A stretch of DNA of 63,674 nucleotides, counting the filler, from Octopus bimaculoides (taxonomy: Eukaryota), in NCBI RefSeq assembly GCF_001194135.2. It is 5 parts of 5 records of this genome, joined end to end, with 100 filler letters (N's around TTAATTAATTAA, not from the genome) between each part and the next. Parts side by side here need not be neighbours in the genome. Positions count along the whole stretch, not along the records: positions 12,776 to 41,126 come from NC_068984.1; 4 more parts are not named here. The stretch is one strand, 5' to 3'. The translations under genes and the position numbers were made by a program. The first letter of the stretch is position 1; each line of letters starts with the position of its first letter. Under the pieces are notes generated by a model. That model was not told where the DNA came from, made no database searches, and was given only the letters and a program-made list of their open reading frames with translations. Positions 12,870-25,302 of this stretch are shown here, one piece after another.

Positions 12870-13109
12870 CTTCACGCGCGTACGCACAGATTTGACTTCG
12901 CCATGTCAAACTTCAAAATTGGTAAAAGTTTATCGATTTTTACAGCTATACGCGGGTACCTCTGAGAGAGAAAGTTCACTAAAATGCACATAGGGTCATT
13001 CCGAATCTTCTCCTAAAATTGGAGCGACATGCGTGCTAATTTGTGGACATGCATAAACCACATTCACGTAGACACACACACAAACATCCTCTGTTTTATA
13101 GATATAGAT
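12850..13109 (-). mobile_element. Possible non-autonomous Helitron-like element, 5' portion
   Basis: Minus strand starts ATCTATATCTATAAAACAGAGG followed by a (TG)n microsatellite, resembling from memory the ATCTATATATATAAAA start of common non-autonomous Helitrons. Confidence 0.45.
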
Positions 13110-13134
13110 AACGGTATTAATATTCGTTGTGCGT

Positions 13135-13351
13135 AAGATAACGAGCTGGCAGAAACGTTAGCACGCCGGACGAAATGCTTTTCAGGATTTCGCCGGTCCT
13201 TACGTTATGAGTTCAAATTCCGCCGAGGTCAACTTTGCATTTCAACATTTCCAGGGTCTATAAATTAATTACTAGTTACGTACTGGGATCGATCTAATCG
13301 ACTGGCCTCCTCCTCCAAAATTTCGGGCCTTGTGCCTAGAGTAGAAAAGAA
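13135..13351 (+). mobile_element. Full-length family-A tRNA-derived SINE
   Basis: A-box-like GAGCTGGCAGAA, B-box-like GAGTTCAAATTCC, core hairpins, tail AATTTCGGGCCTTGTGCCTAGAGTAGAAAAGA. Confidence 0.9.
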
Positions 13352-14351
13352 TGCTTATTGTGTGGTTTTTAAGTTAATTTCCTTCAACCCTCCTGCTTTT
13401 CCGTTTTACTTTTTTGAAACATTTACAATTTCTTTGTTATATTTCGTTTCTGTTTCTTAATTTGTGCACATGCTTTTCTGCTTAAATGTGGGATTAAGAA
13501 AATAAAAACAGAGAGTGTATATAAATTAACACATAAGTAACTAAAAGATATTGTGAAAGGTTGTGCTGGAAAGCCACATAACTGACAGTGGTTAGTGAAG
13601 TGGAAGACATTCCGCAATAATGATAGATTTCCACTCGAACCTTTTACTATCAGCGCCGTAAACTCATTATTCATTATTGCTGGTAAATGAGTAAAAATAC
13701 AGAGGAACGAGATTATAACAGAGGCAGATTTTTCCCTACCAGTACCCATAACCCAACGATAGACGTTGCTATTTGAAATATAAAACTTGTCTAACACATA
13801 CATATACACTCACTCACACACGTACATGCATACCTTCTTCTTATCATATATATANNNNNNNNNNNNNNNNNNNNNNNNNNNNNNNNNNNNNNNNNNNNNN
13901 NNNNNNNNNNNNNNNNNNNNNATATATATATATATATATACGCATTAGATTGGCGTCCATTATATTGACGTATATACAAGGGGTGTATGAAGAGCCTTGA
14001 GTCTCCGAATAAAACAAAGCATGTTACAAGACTTCAAGGCTCAAAGGCCTTGAAGGCTCAAAACTTTTCATATACCCCCCCTCGTACGTGTGTATGCATG
14101 TACATATGTATGTAAATGCGTGTATTTGTTAGTGTATCAATATAGTTAATGTTTGTGTATACATGCTACTAAAACTAAGAGAACTTAATAATTAATGCAG
14201 ATTTAATTCTCTGTTGATTTCAGAACATTCCAGTGGTCATCAGTTTTATCTCTGAATTCTTCAGACGGTGATATTTTAAGATTACCTTTTGACTATTTCT
14301 TCTTTATATGAAATTGCCTTTTCTCTCAAGTATATGATGTCATAATTTCAT

Positions 14352-15140
14352 ATCGGTTTCAAGTTTTGGCACAAAATCAGCAATTTTCTGGGATGAGTTA
14401 GTCGATTACATCGACCCCGGTACCCAACTGGTACTTATTTCATTGACCCCCGAAAGGATAAAAGCTAAAGACAATTTCGAGGAAATTTGAACACATAACG
14501 AAAAGGACAGATGTCATAATTTGATTTTGAGTTAGTTTTGGTGTAATATTACTGGGGGAGGTAGTATCCATGTAAGTATACATAGCTCTTCGTCAAACAA
14601 TACTACCATATGGTGGGGGATAATGCAAACAAAATGGTAGAGATGTATAAAGACAAGTTTTTAGTTAGGGGTTCAGAGATGAAAGCACTGGTGCGTAGAA
14701 GAATAGTAAGAAAGGTAATTGATATGATTGATCATAATTTGCAGGTAATTTTTGTCTATTCAGATGTTCATATTGGTGCAAGAACGTGTAGTATATGTGA
14801 GCTTTTGTCCAAGAGCAAAAGCGCAAGAATGTGGCGGCGAGGTGGTAGTAAAACAGGCACAAGTATTCAGAGATAGGTATAAGCCGGTCAGATAAAATGA
14901 AAGTGGACTTCTCATTGAAGTATATATGAATATTGGTTTCAAATTTTGACACAAGGTCAACACTTGTGGGAGAGGGTGCAAGTCGATTATATTGACCGCA
15001 CTGTCCAACTGGTACTTTTTTTATCCATCCCAAAAAGATGAAAGATAAAGTTGACCCTGGTAACATTTGAACTAAGAAAGTAAAGTCGGAAGAAATGCCG
15101 CTAAGCACTTTTCCCGGTGACGATTTTGCCAATTCGCTCC
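14352..15140 (-). mobile_element. Two family-A SINE copies with the variant TGTGCCAAAA(C/T)TTGAAACC tail (14352-14512, 14931-15140)
   Basis: Family core reverse complement (GTCGATTACATCGACCCC, ACTGGTACTT, GAAAGGAT) plus the alternative tail. Confidence 0.8.
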
Positions 15141-15402
15141 TAGTATATATGAATATCAGGAGGAATTCTGGGCGAACTTTCAGTAATACAACACTAAGTT
15201 ATAAAACCGTTGTGTATAACAACCACATCCACCACTAAAGCTTCTTTGCTATTTTCCTGCGTGTTTTGCGCAATTTGGTATTTAGGCATAGGCGCACTGG
15301 AGACAGTTATGTAGAGGTCTCAGGGACCTAGAGCCCCCGTTTCGGATCTATATACGCCATGGTGCTTGTTGTCATTAAGTACATTCTATAGTTCTTTTTC
15401 GT

Positions 15403-15429
<27 letters not shown>

Positions 15430-15435
<6 letters not shown>

Positions 15436-15670
15436 TCGAGTCATATAGGTTCATAAGGGCCGTTTTCCCGGTTTCCATGGCGTATATATTCCCCATCTAA
15501 ACGAGATGCTGGTCCGTCGTAGCATTACACATTTTTGCCGACTGAGTGGACTGGAACAACGTGAAATGAAGTGTTTCGCTCAAGAATGCAATGCGTCACC
15601 AGATCCAGTAATCGAAGCAACAATCTTACGATCACGAGTTCAACTCCTTAAAAACTAAGCCACACGCCTC
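15430..15670 (-). mobile_element. Degenerate tRNA/CORE-type SINE
   Basis: Minus strand GGAGGCGTGTGGCTTAGT...GCTTCGATTACTGG...TTCTTGAGCGAAACACTTCATTTCACGTTGTTCCAGTCCACTCAG resembles 47870-48245. Confidence 0.6.
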
Positions 15671-16638
15671 CAGTGCATTGATTTACCAGAGGATTACAAT
15701 ACTGCTAAAACGGTTCTGTTTTCGCGTGAGAATTGACCTCATTAGACAAATATCATGGAAGAACCACAGAACCAGAAGGAAATGGAAATGATAAGGATGC
15801 GAGAAACAGTACAGAAAAACCAACATATTGAACAATTTCAAGAAAGCCTAAAATAATATTTACCATATTCGCCAATGCGAGTAACGTTTACTTGTATGTG
15901 GAAAACGAAAAATATCTTGTAATCATTCTAACACTCTCATGGACTTTAATTCAAAATGCAGTAGTGCTCCAGCATGACCGCAGCCACCTGGCTGAAACAC
16001 ATAGAAGAATAAAAGAAGATAGCTACAAATTTCAACATCGCAGATAGAGTGCCGAAAAGCTATCCTTAAAAAAAAAAAGGAGAAAATCGATTTTTATCTA
16101 CAAAATTCAAAAGCTTTTCTACATACATCCATCTAATAGATTAATGTACCATGTCATGCCACTACAACACTAAGTAAGTGAAACAATCCTTGATACGATC
16201 ATACCAATAATTGAGAACAACTCCCGCCAAACACTAACGTACAATGCCAACTCAGTCATCAAGTTTTTTCAAATGTAAACAAATAAAAGAATTTTACAAG
16301 TGTACCTTCGGACCATGAAGTGGTGTAAATTACACGAAATTGAGAGAATGTAAGAATTTCGCAGCTTACTACATGAACAATGAAATTATACAATCCCTCA
16401 AATATTGTAATATACGCACAAGTTATCGAAGATATTTTAACAGAAAAGAGTTTTTACCACAACTGTTACCGTTTATTCAAAAGGGACTCACAACTAAAAG
16501 GACTGTCTTTCTTACTAATCAACGAAGACCAGTTCCATGCCATAGAGTACATTTGAGATTATTATTTCCTTATTCCACGAATGTATGTGTGTACACACAC
16601 ACACATACATACACATATACATACATACATTAGATACA

Positions 16639-16669
<31 letters not shown>

Positions 16670-16671
16670 CA

Positions 16672-17058
16672 TTTGTTGTTGTTGGCATTACGTTGCTAAC
16701 GACGTCGAGGGTTCCAGTTGGTCCGATCAACGGAACAGCCTGCTCGTGAAATTAACGTGCAAGTGGCTGAGCACTCCACACACACGTGTACCATTAACGT
16801 AGTTCTCGGGGATATTCAGCGTGACACAGTGTGACAAGACTGACCCTTTGAATTACAGGCATAACAGAAACAGGAAGTAAGAGTGAGAGAAAGTTGTGGT
16901 GGAAGAGTACAGTAGGGTTCGCCACCATCCCCTGCCGGAGCCTCGTGGAGTTTCAGGTGTTTTCGCTCAATAAACACTTACAACGCCCGGTCTGGGAATC
17001 GAAACCGTGATCCTCTGACCGCGAATCTGCTGCCCTAACCACTGAGCCATTGCGCTTC

Positions 17059-17060
<2 letters not shown>
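16672..17060 (-). mobile_element. Family-C tRNA-derived SINE flanked on both sides by (CATA)n
   Basis: Head GCGCAATGGCTCAGTGGTTAGGGC (A box) and GGTTTCGATTCCC (B box); body matches 44160-44595. Confidence 0.85.
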
Positions 17061-17089
<29 letters not shown>

Positions 17090-17195
17090 CATANNNNNNN
17101 NNNNNNNNNNNNNNNNNNNNNNNNNNNNNNNNNNNNNNNNNNCGTGATCCTCTGACCGCGAATCTGCTGCCCTAACCACTGGGCCATTGCGCTTC

Positions 17196-17248
<53 letters not shown>

Positions 17249-18347
17249 GATGTGCCTGAGTGTGTGTGCGTACGTATATAAATTTATTTACGTCTACACC
17301 AGCGAAAATCTTTTTCACACCACAAGAACACTCATTCCTTCATACGCGTTTTACATTCTCATATGTCCATAAACAGACGCTTATTGACGAACCTCTATTA
17401 ACGCAGTCGTACACAAACACTTAAACACACTCACTTACACTTCCCCTACCCACCTCACCTATATTCCCATCAATTTACATCGAAACAATTGAACATACAC
17501 GCGCCCTTACGCCAATATTCGCATCCATGAATACAAATTAACAGAAGACAAATTAATTAAGCGAACAACTAGCAGTCGCAATTGTAAACGTATACATTAT
17601 CACTGTTTTATCATTGAGAGTCTTTCTCTATATTTGCTTCAGCATTCGCCGCAATGGGTGCCTCTTTGTCTCTTTATCTCACCGCTTGCCTTTGTCCATC
17701 TCTATATTCGAACATCTGTGTACCCTCCACCCTACTTACACTTACTCACTCACCAACGTTGAGACAATAACTCACATACCCCCACCCATCCACCAAAATT
17801 CACATATTCCTTCTATAAATAGAAAAATGCTACCCGGTTAATACATAAATGTTTTATCAATAAAATCTTTCACAATTGATTTATGGTTCAATGCATATGT
17901 TTCTCCTCTTCTTCCCTTTGACCGTTTGCTTTTATCCATCCGCATCTATGCATCCATGTACTCGTCACCCCTCAGTTACATGCCTTCACATGTATACTGT
18001 TTTATACAGTCAATACAAAAAAAAGAAACATCTACTACTTAACTCTGATTGTTTAATTATTGCTTACTATATTCTTCATAAAAAATTTGATTTCTTGAAT
18101 ACAACGAATTGTCAATTGGTCCCACAAAATATCACAGCCTGAAACATTACGAGATCAAAGTGATAATATTGAAATTTGCATTACAGGCGTTGCGCGCGCA
18201 CGCGCGCACATACACACACATACACAAACACACACGCACACACATACAAAGACGCATGCATCTATACATACGTGTGCGTGTTAAACATATATACATGCAC
18301 ACACACAGGTACATGCTTACATAGAAACATACACACATATATACACA

Positions 18348-18393
<46 letters not shown>

Positions 18394-18396
18394 TAT

Positions 18397-18495
18397 AGGC
18401 GCAGGAGTGGCTGTGTGGTAAGTCGCTTGCTTACCAACCACATGGTTCTGGGTTCATTCCCACTGCGTGGCACCTTGGGCAAGTGTCTTCTACTA
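18397..18495 (+). mobile_element. Family-B SINE head, cut by a gap
   Basis: GGCGCAGGAGTGGCTGTGTGGTAAG...GGGTTCATTCCCACTGCGTGGCACCTTGGGCAAGTGTCTTCTACTA. Confidence 0.85.
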
Positions 18496-19454
18496 NNNNN
18501 NNNNNNNNNNNNNNNNNNNNNNNNNNNNNNNNNNNNNNNNNNNNNNNNNNNNNNNNNNNNNNNNNNNNNNNNNNNNNNNNNNNNNNNNNNNNNNNNNNNN
18601 NNNNNNNNNNNNNNNNNNNNNNNNNNNNNNNNNNNNNNNNNNNNNNNNNNNNNNNNNNNNNNNNNNNNNNNNNNNNNNNNNNNNNNNNNNNNNNNNNNNN
18701 NNNNNNNNNNNNNNNNNNNNNNNNNNNNNNNNNNNNNNNNNNNNNNNNNNNNNNNNNNNNNNNNNNNNNNNNNNNNNNNNNNNNNNNNNNNNNNNNNNNN
18801 NNNNNNNNNNNNNNNNNNNNNNNNNNNNNNNNNNNNNNNNNNNNNNNNNNNNNNNNNNNNNNNNNNNNNNNNNNNNNNNNNNNNNNNNNNNNNNNNNNNN
18901 NNNNNNNNNNNNNNNNNNNNNNNNNNNNNNNNNNNNNNNNNNNNNNNNNNNNNNNNNNNNNNNNNNNNNNNNNNNNNNNNNNNNNNNNNNNNNNNNNNNN
19001 NNNNNNNNNNNNNNNNNNNNNNNNNNNNNNNNNNNNNNNNNNNNNNNNNNNNNNNNNNNNNNNNNNNNNNNNNNNNNNNNNNNNNNNNNNNNNNNNNNNN
19101 NNNNNNNNNNNNNNNNNNNNNNNNNNNNNNNNNNNNNNNNNNNNNNNNNNNNNNNNNNNNNNNNNNNNNNNNNNNNNNNNNNNNNNNNNATTGAGTATAT
19201 ATTTTTCCCGGCCTAAGTGATCTAGACTCAAAAAACAACTCGGATACAGAGGTTTATGTACTGCCAGAAATTTGCTTCATAAGATTAACAAAACTGCATC
19301 TGAGTCACTTAGAATGAACGATTGCAACGAAATAGTAGAAGAGTTTGTGATGCCCAGTAGATTTCGTGTTTGGTGTTTGGCTGTGATGTTTTGATGGGAA
19401 TAGAGTGTGGGGTGTGGGGTGGTATGCTTTTCTCCTTCGCATTTTTAATATTTA

Positions 19455-19665
19455 AAGGCGGCGAGCTCGTAGAATCACTAGCGAGCTGGGGGAAATGCTA
19501 AGCAGAAATCCGTTCGTCTTTAAGTTCTGAGTTCAAATTTCGCCGAGATCGACTTCGCCTTTCATCCCTTTTGGGATTGATAAGATAAGTACCGGTTGAG
19601 TACAGAGGTTGCTTTAATTAATTTACTCCTTCTCTTGAATCTTCTGGTCTTGGGCAAGAATTTGT
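19455..19665 (+). mobile_element. Family-A SINE
   Basis: AAGGCGGCGAGCTCG...GTTCTGAGTTCAAATTTCGCCGAGATCGACTTCGCCTTTCATCC. Confidence 0.85.
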
Positions 19666-19958
19666 TTATTAATAAATGTACTTATTGATAAGTTTACTAC
19701 ATTTTCTTTATATGTAATATGCAGCTTTGTCTCTTTAATATATTTAATGACTCTATTTTGCTCTCTTGAACGAAAGAAGATAGCCATGTCTACATTTGGA
19801 CATTACTTTTTAAATCTTTGCTCAGAGAAGTAGAAAGAATGTCACGTGATATGTGTAAGTGCAAATTGCAGACGGCTCTTTATGAAAAGCAAAAACAGTA
19901 TGATGCACGTATACGGTGTATGTGTGTATGTGTGAGTGAGTGAGTGAGTGAGTGAGTG

Positions 19959-20000
<42 letters not shown>

Positions 20001-20330
20001 CGTGCGCGCGTGCCTTTAGAAGTAAGAATGATAGGGTCTGAGAGAGCCCATCCATATATATTACCTTTCTTTTTTCTTTCTGTTCGTTCATTTCTTTTAT
20101 TTATTTATTTATTTATTTATTTAATATTATTTTGAGAAGGACCTGTGTCCGAAGCGTTAGGGACTCTTCCTTTCATTTAAAGCGCTATACTAATAACGAA
20201 TTTGTTAAACCCGGTCCCTCTCATTTTGTCTTCTATTTTTACACTCAAATATAGATGGTTTATATGTGTGTGTCTGTGTGTGTGAATGTGTGTGTGTGTG
20301 TATATTTATATATATATATATATATATTTA

Positions 20331-20413
20331 AGAGAGAGTGGGAGAAAAGAGAGAGCGGGAGAAAAGAGAGAGCGGGAGAAAAGAGAGAGCGGGAGAAAAG
20401 AGAGAGCGGGAGA
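20331..20413. repeat. 17-bp minisatellite (AGAGAGAGCGGGAGAAA) x ~5
   Basis: CGGG/TGGG recurs at 20339, 20356, 20373, 20390 and 20407. Confidence 0.9.
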
Positions 20414-20547
20414 GAGATGCATGCATGGACATGAGTGCGCGCGCACACACACATACAGACTCATACGCAGACACATTCACATACATGCGTACACATACTA
20501 AAGTGTAAATTTGTATTGAACTTTTGGCTTGTATTTTGATATATGTA

Positions 20548-20645
20548 TCTGAGCTCAAATTCTGCCGAGGTCGTTTTTCCCTTTCATCCTTCCGGCGTCG
20601 ATAAATTAAATACCAGTTGCGTACTGAGGTCGATCTAATGGACTG
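20548..20645 (+). mobile_element. Family-A SINE core fragment
   Basis: TCTGAGCTCAAATTCTGCCGAGGTCG...TCGATAAATTAAATACCAGTTGCGTACTGAGG; ends at a gap. Confidence 0.85.
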
Positions 20646-21433
20646 NNNNNNNNNNNNNNNNNNNNNNNNNNNNNNNNNNNNNNNNNNNNNNNNNNNNNNN
20701 NNNNNNNNNNNNNNNNNNNNNNNNNNNNNNNNNNNNNNNNNNNNNNNNNNNNNNNNNNNNNNNNNNNNNNNNNNNNNNNNNNNNNNNNNNNNNNNNNNNN
20801 NNNNNNNNNNNNNNNNNNNNNNNNNNNNNNNNNNNNNNNNNNNNNNNNNNNNNNNNNNNNNNNNNNNNNNNNNNNNNNNNNNNNNNNNNNNNNNNNNNNN
20901 NNNNNNNNNNNNNNNNNNNNNNNNNNNNNNNNNNNNNNNNNNNNNNNNNNNNNNNNNNNNNNNNNNNNNNNNNNNNNNNNNNNNNNNNNNNNNNNNNNNN
21001 NNNNNNNNNNNNNNNNNNNNNNNNNNNNNNNNNNNNNNNNNNNNNNNNNNNNNNNNNNNNNNNNNNNNNNNNNNNNNNNNNNNNNNNNNNNNNNNNNNNN
21101 NNNNNNNNNNNNNNNNNNNNNNNNNNNNNNNNNNNNNNNNNNNNNNNNNNNNNNNNNNNNNNNNNNNNNNNNNNNNNNNNNNNNNNNNNNNNNNNNNNNN
21201 NNNNNNNNNNNNNNTATATATATGTATATGTGTGTATGTATATATAAATGTGTTTGCGTATATATATATATATATATATACACATGTATATATATGTATG
21301 TATATCTGTATATATATATATATATGAATGTATATATGTATGTATCTACATATGTATATGTATATATTTATATGTATATGTGTGTATATATTGTGTGTAT
21401 ACACACATATATCTATATGCATGTATATATATA

Positions 21434-21492
<59 letters not shown>

Positions 21493-22338
21493 NNNNNNNN
21501 NNNNNNNNNNNNNNNNNNNNNNNNNNNNNNNNNNNNNNNNNNNNNNNNNNNNNNNNNNNNNNNNNNNNNNNNNNNNNNNNNNNNNNNNNNNNNNNNNNNN
21601 NNNNNNNNNNNNNNNNNNNNNNNNNNNNNNNNNNNNNNNNNNNNNNNNNNNNNNNNNNNNNNNNNNNNNNNNNNNNNNNNNNNNNNNNNNNNNNNNNNNN
21701 NNNNNNNNNNNNNNNNNNNNNNNNNNNNNNNNNNNNNNNNNNNNNNNNNNNNNNNNNNNNNNNNNNNNNNNNNNNNNNNNNNNNNNNNNNNNNNNNNNNN
21801 NNNNNNNNNNNNNNNNNNNNNNNNNNNNNNNNNNNNNNNNNNNNNNNNNNNNNNNNNNNNNNNNNNNNNNNNNNNNNNNNNNNNNNNNNNNNNNNNNNNN
21901 NNNNNNNNNNNNNNNNNNNNNNNNNNNNNNNNNNNNNNNNNNNNNNNNNNNNNNNNNNNNNNNNNNNNNNNNNNNNNNNNNNNNNNNNNNNNNNNNNNNN
22001 NNNNNNNNNNNNNNNNNNNNNNNNNNNNNNNNNNNNNNNNNNNNNNNNNNNNNNNNNNNNNNNNNNNNNNNNNNNNNNNNNNNNNNNNNNTATATATATA
22101 TATATATAGTATAGCTTCTTATAAACTTTTCAAAAGTTTATACATACATATACATGCAACTACAACCACCCCCCCACATATACACATATAATCGTTAAAG
22201 GCCGATCACTAGTGAGGAGTTGGGACCTTTCGTGTCTATTTTCCGTTCGTCTGTGCATTTACTATGTTCTTTAACTTGCTATTTTGTCTGTTTTTTGTTT
22301 GTGCACTTGCTATACGTTTTTTAACACACACACACACA

Positions 22339-22375
<37 letters not shown>

Positions 22376-22398
22376 CCACACACACACACACATACATG

Positions 22399-23285
22399 TT
22401 GGGTCATACCATAAATAATGCGGTTTTTTTCAATTGCATGAACTAAACGTCGGAGGAGGACGGGATAAACTACCTGCATCAACTTACTGTAAAAGCAAGT
22501 AGTAATTTTACTTTATACTTATTCTTAATGCAAGTTTTGAAGAGTGCTGTTCGATTTTAACAGTTGAAGCATATTTGGCATATTTTGGTTTATGAGTTCA
22601 ATAAAAGCAGAACGCAACGGAATGCGCGAGAAATATTAATATAGTATAAGGGGATTAGACAGTAAGAGTAAGCCAGTGTCAACGGTAGTTCCAGAAATTC
22701 TGAACCGAAAACTACAGCCTCGAAGACGAGCTTCACCCAGGAAGATATGTAGAGCTCGACGAGGACGTCTTGCAAGCCCTGATGGAACAAAATCCCATCG
22801 TAACTGTTGAAGAACTAGCAGAGAAGCTTGGATTTGGTCATTCAACTAGTCATTCATGTCAGCGCTAGAAGAAAAACGACCATCTTTGGTTACAAGACGA
22901 AATATTTCTTCCATTAGAATATTGCTTGGCCACATACAGCGAGTATGATATTCCGAAGGCTGGAGAAGATTGAAAGGGAAACGATGCCCCACCCAGCACA
23001 TTCGCCGGACATTGCCCCATCTGATTATCATTTATTCTACAGTCTTCAAAATCATTTGGACGGAAAAATATGAATTCTGTAGATGAGATCAGAACAGTAC
23101 TGGAGTAGTGTTTTTCGTCACGGACAAGTGAATTTTTGAAAAAAAGGCGCCTTGCAAGTCTACCAGATAGATGGAAGAGCATTGTAGAAAATGAAGGAGA
23201 GAATATTTTAGATTAAAAAGAACTTTATCTTAATTTTGAAAAATAATAGTATAAAATAAACCGCATTATTTATAGGATGACCCGA
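22399..23285 (+). mobile_element. Internally deleted mariner transposon with both TIRs
   Basis: ~28-bp TIRs TTGGGTCATACCATAAATAATGCGGTTT / AAACCGCATTATTTATAGGATGACCCGA, with TA on the right. Remnant LMEQNPIVTVEELAEKLGFGHS and HSPDIAPSDYHLF. The segment holding the first catalytic Asp is deleted relative to the 52-kb copy. Confidence 0.9.
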
Positions 23286-23701
23286 TATATATATATATAN
23301 NNNNNNNNNNNNNNNNNNNNNNNNNNNNNNNNNNNNNNNNNNNNNNNNNNNNNNNNNNNNNNNNNNNNNNNNNNNNNNNNNNNNNNNNNNNNNNNNNNNN
23401 NNNNNNNNNNNNNNNNNNNNNNNNNNNNNNNNNNNNNNNNNNNNNNNNNNNNNNNNNNNNNNNNNNNNNNNNNNNNNNNNNNNNNNNNNNNNNNNNNNNN
23501 NNNNNNNNNNNNNNNNNNNNNNNNNNNNNNNNNNNNNNNNNNNNNNNNNNNNNNNNNNNNNNNNNNNNNNNNNNNNNNNNNNNNNNNNNNNNNNNNNNNN
23601 NNNNNNNNNNNNNNNNNNNNNNNNNNNNNNNNNNNNNNNNNNNNNNNNNNNNNNNNNNNNNNNNNNNNNNNNNNNNNNNNNNNNNNNNNNNNNNNNNNNN
23701 N

Positions 23702-23740
<39 letters not shown>

Positions 23741-23741
<1 letters not shown>

Positions 23742-24289
23742 TATGCCCGGATGCAGTACCAGGCAGTGGCTCTCATGGCTTCTGATCTTAATTAATTGGA
23801 AGTTTTATCATGTACACTGTTTTGTCTTGGTATATAAGATAGGCTACAGCAAATATTCCGCTTAACACCACAGATTTGCTTGTCAGTTGTTTGACCTTAG
23901 CCAGTTGACGTTGTCCCTTGGTGGCTGACGATATGTGCATCTCTGATCATGAGCAGAAGTAGTGGGGGGAGCATCATAGCCATGTGTTGAGAGGAATTCT
24001 TTGGGTTTGAATAATTCACCTTAGGAAACATCGGTGTTTTGCTCAACATCCTTAAACAAACCTTTTTCAGGGGCCTTTTGAGCGGAATGGGTTACTCGAA
24101 CTGAAGAGAATTCTAACTGGGCCCCACCTGCGAGGTCATGTGCTGTCTATCTTGATATGAGATCACCATGTCGCGCACATGTAGTTGTGCCTGATGTACC
24201 CTTATCAGACGGGTAGTCATGATGGGTATAATGGGCTTCATATATTTTACCCCAGTGTCACTTTGATGGCTTGCACTGCTCTCTCACTC
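23741..24289 (+). mobile_element. ~550-bp non-coding interspersed element flanked by (TAA)n, copy 1 (orientation tentative)
   Basis: Aligns end to end with 36192-36746; same start TTATGCCCGGATGCAGTACCAGGC. Confidence 0.8.
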
Positions 24290-24358
<69 letters not shown>

Positions 24359-25254
24359 CATAATAATACTAGTAACAATAACAATATATCGGTCAAGGAA
24401 CTATAGTCCCTTACTGGATGCAAACATCCTAGTTCTCCGGTTTACACCAGTGTTCAGAGAAAACTAAGTATAGGTATTTAAAAATTTTACGAATGAGCAA
24501 AGGGAGAGAATAGAAAAATTAACGTACAAACGTTATTTATTCAAAAATATTCGAATTCATGTAGAGAAATTCCCGCTTACAGCTGTTTCCACACCCGATC
24601 ATTTCAATCACAGATATAAAATACTTTAATTCAAATTCCTATATTTGAAACCAGTCACATGATGACAAGGAGAATGAACATTCAATCTTTACGCTTATTT
24701 ACTGTTAGTTTATTCTTAATAATTGTCCGACACGTGTCGGACAATACCACTTTTTGGGGTTGCACCGATCTGTGCTGATATAATGTAGGAGAAATTTAGT
24801 AATAACAATGAAAATCCTTGGATGGAATTTATAGATATTTTAATGTACCGCATCGCGCGTTTCCACAAATTACATGTTTCTTACGGTTATAGCCCATATT
24901 CCTGGGATGATTAATCATCACTGTCACCTGGCAAAGTGAATCGATTTCAGTAATTTTCTAACTTTTACCTATGTTTAAAATCACGTGACGAGAACGGTGG
25001 GGGAATGCTGTTTTTAGCGCTAAACCTAGAATCATCCCTATGTAGGATCTATAACCTCGCATATATATATACGCGCATATATATTTGTATATAAGCGCGT
25101 ATATAGATGATTGTATGCATATGATACGTCTACGTACGTGTGAGACTCAGCCTTATCCTGCCGTCTTGAATGTTAAAATACCTAGAACCTAACGAATCCT
25201 ACAATTGGTTGTATACAGATATATGCATACATCCATATCCATCCGTACATACGT

Positions 25255-25302
<48 letters not shown>

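Noticed and set aside
14610-15132. Overlapping ORFs with a faint GPCR-like hydrophobic pattern
   Set aside because: The N-terminal half of the minus ORF is SINE sequence and the remainder lacks diagnostic motifs.
13135-17060. tRNA-like A and B boxes
   Set aside because: These are SINE heads running into SINE cores; no complete cloverleaf, so no tRNA gene was called.
17006-17245. Apparent tandem duplication of a SINE head across a gap
   Set aside because: The copies differ by one base and flank an N gap: an allelic overlap from the assembly.
20132-20160. TGAGAAGGAC-CTGT-GTCCGAAGCGTT, hammerhead-like
   Set aside because: Both the CUGANGA and GAAA cores are broken; at most a relic.
24578-24900. 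Minus-strand GAAACAGCTGTA and GAAACATGTA hammerhead-type 3' halves (another at ~25480)
   Set aside because: No matching CUGANGA or helix I at a workable distance.
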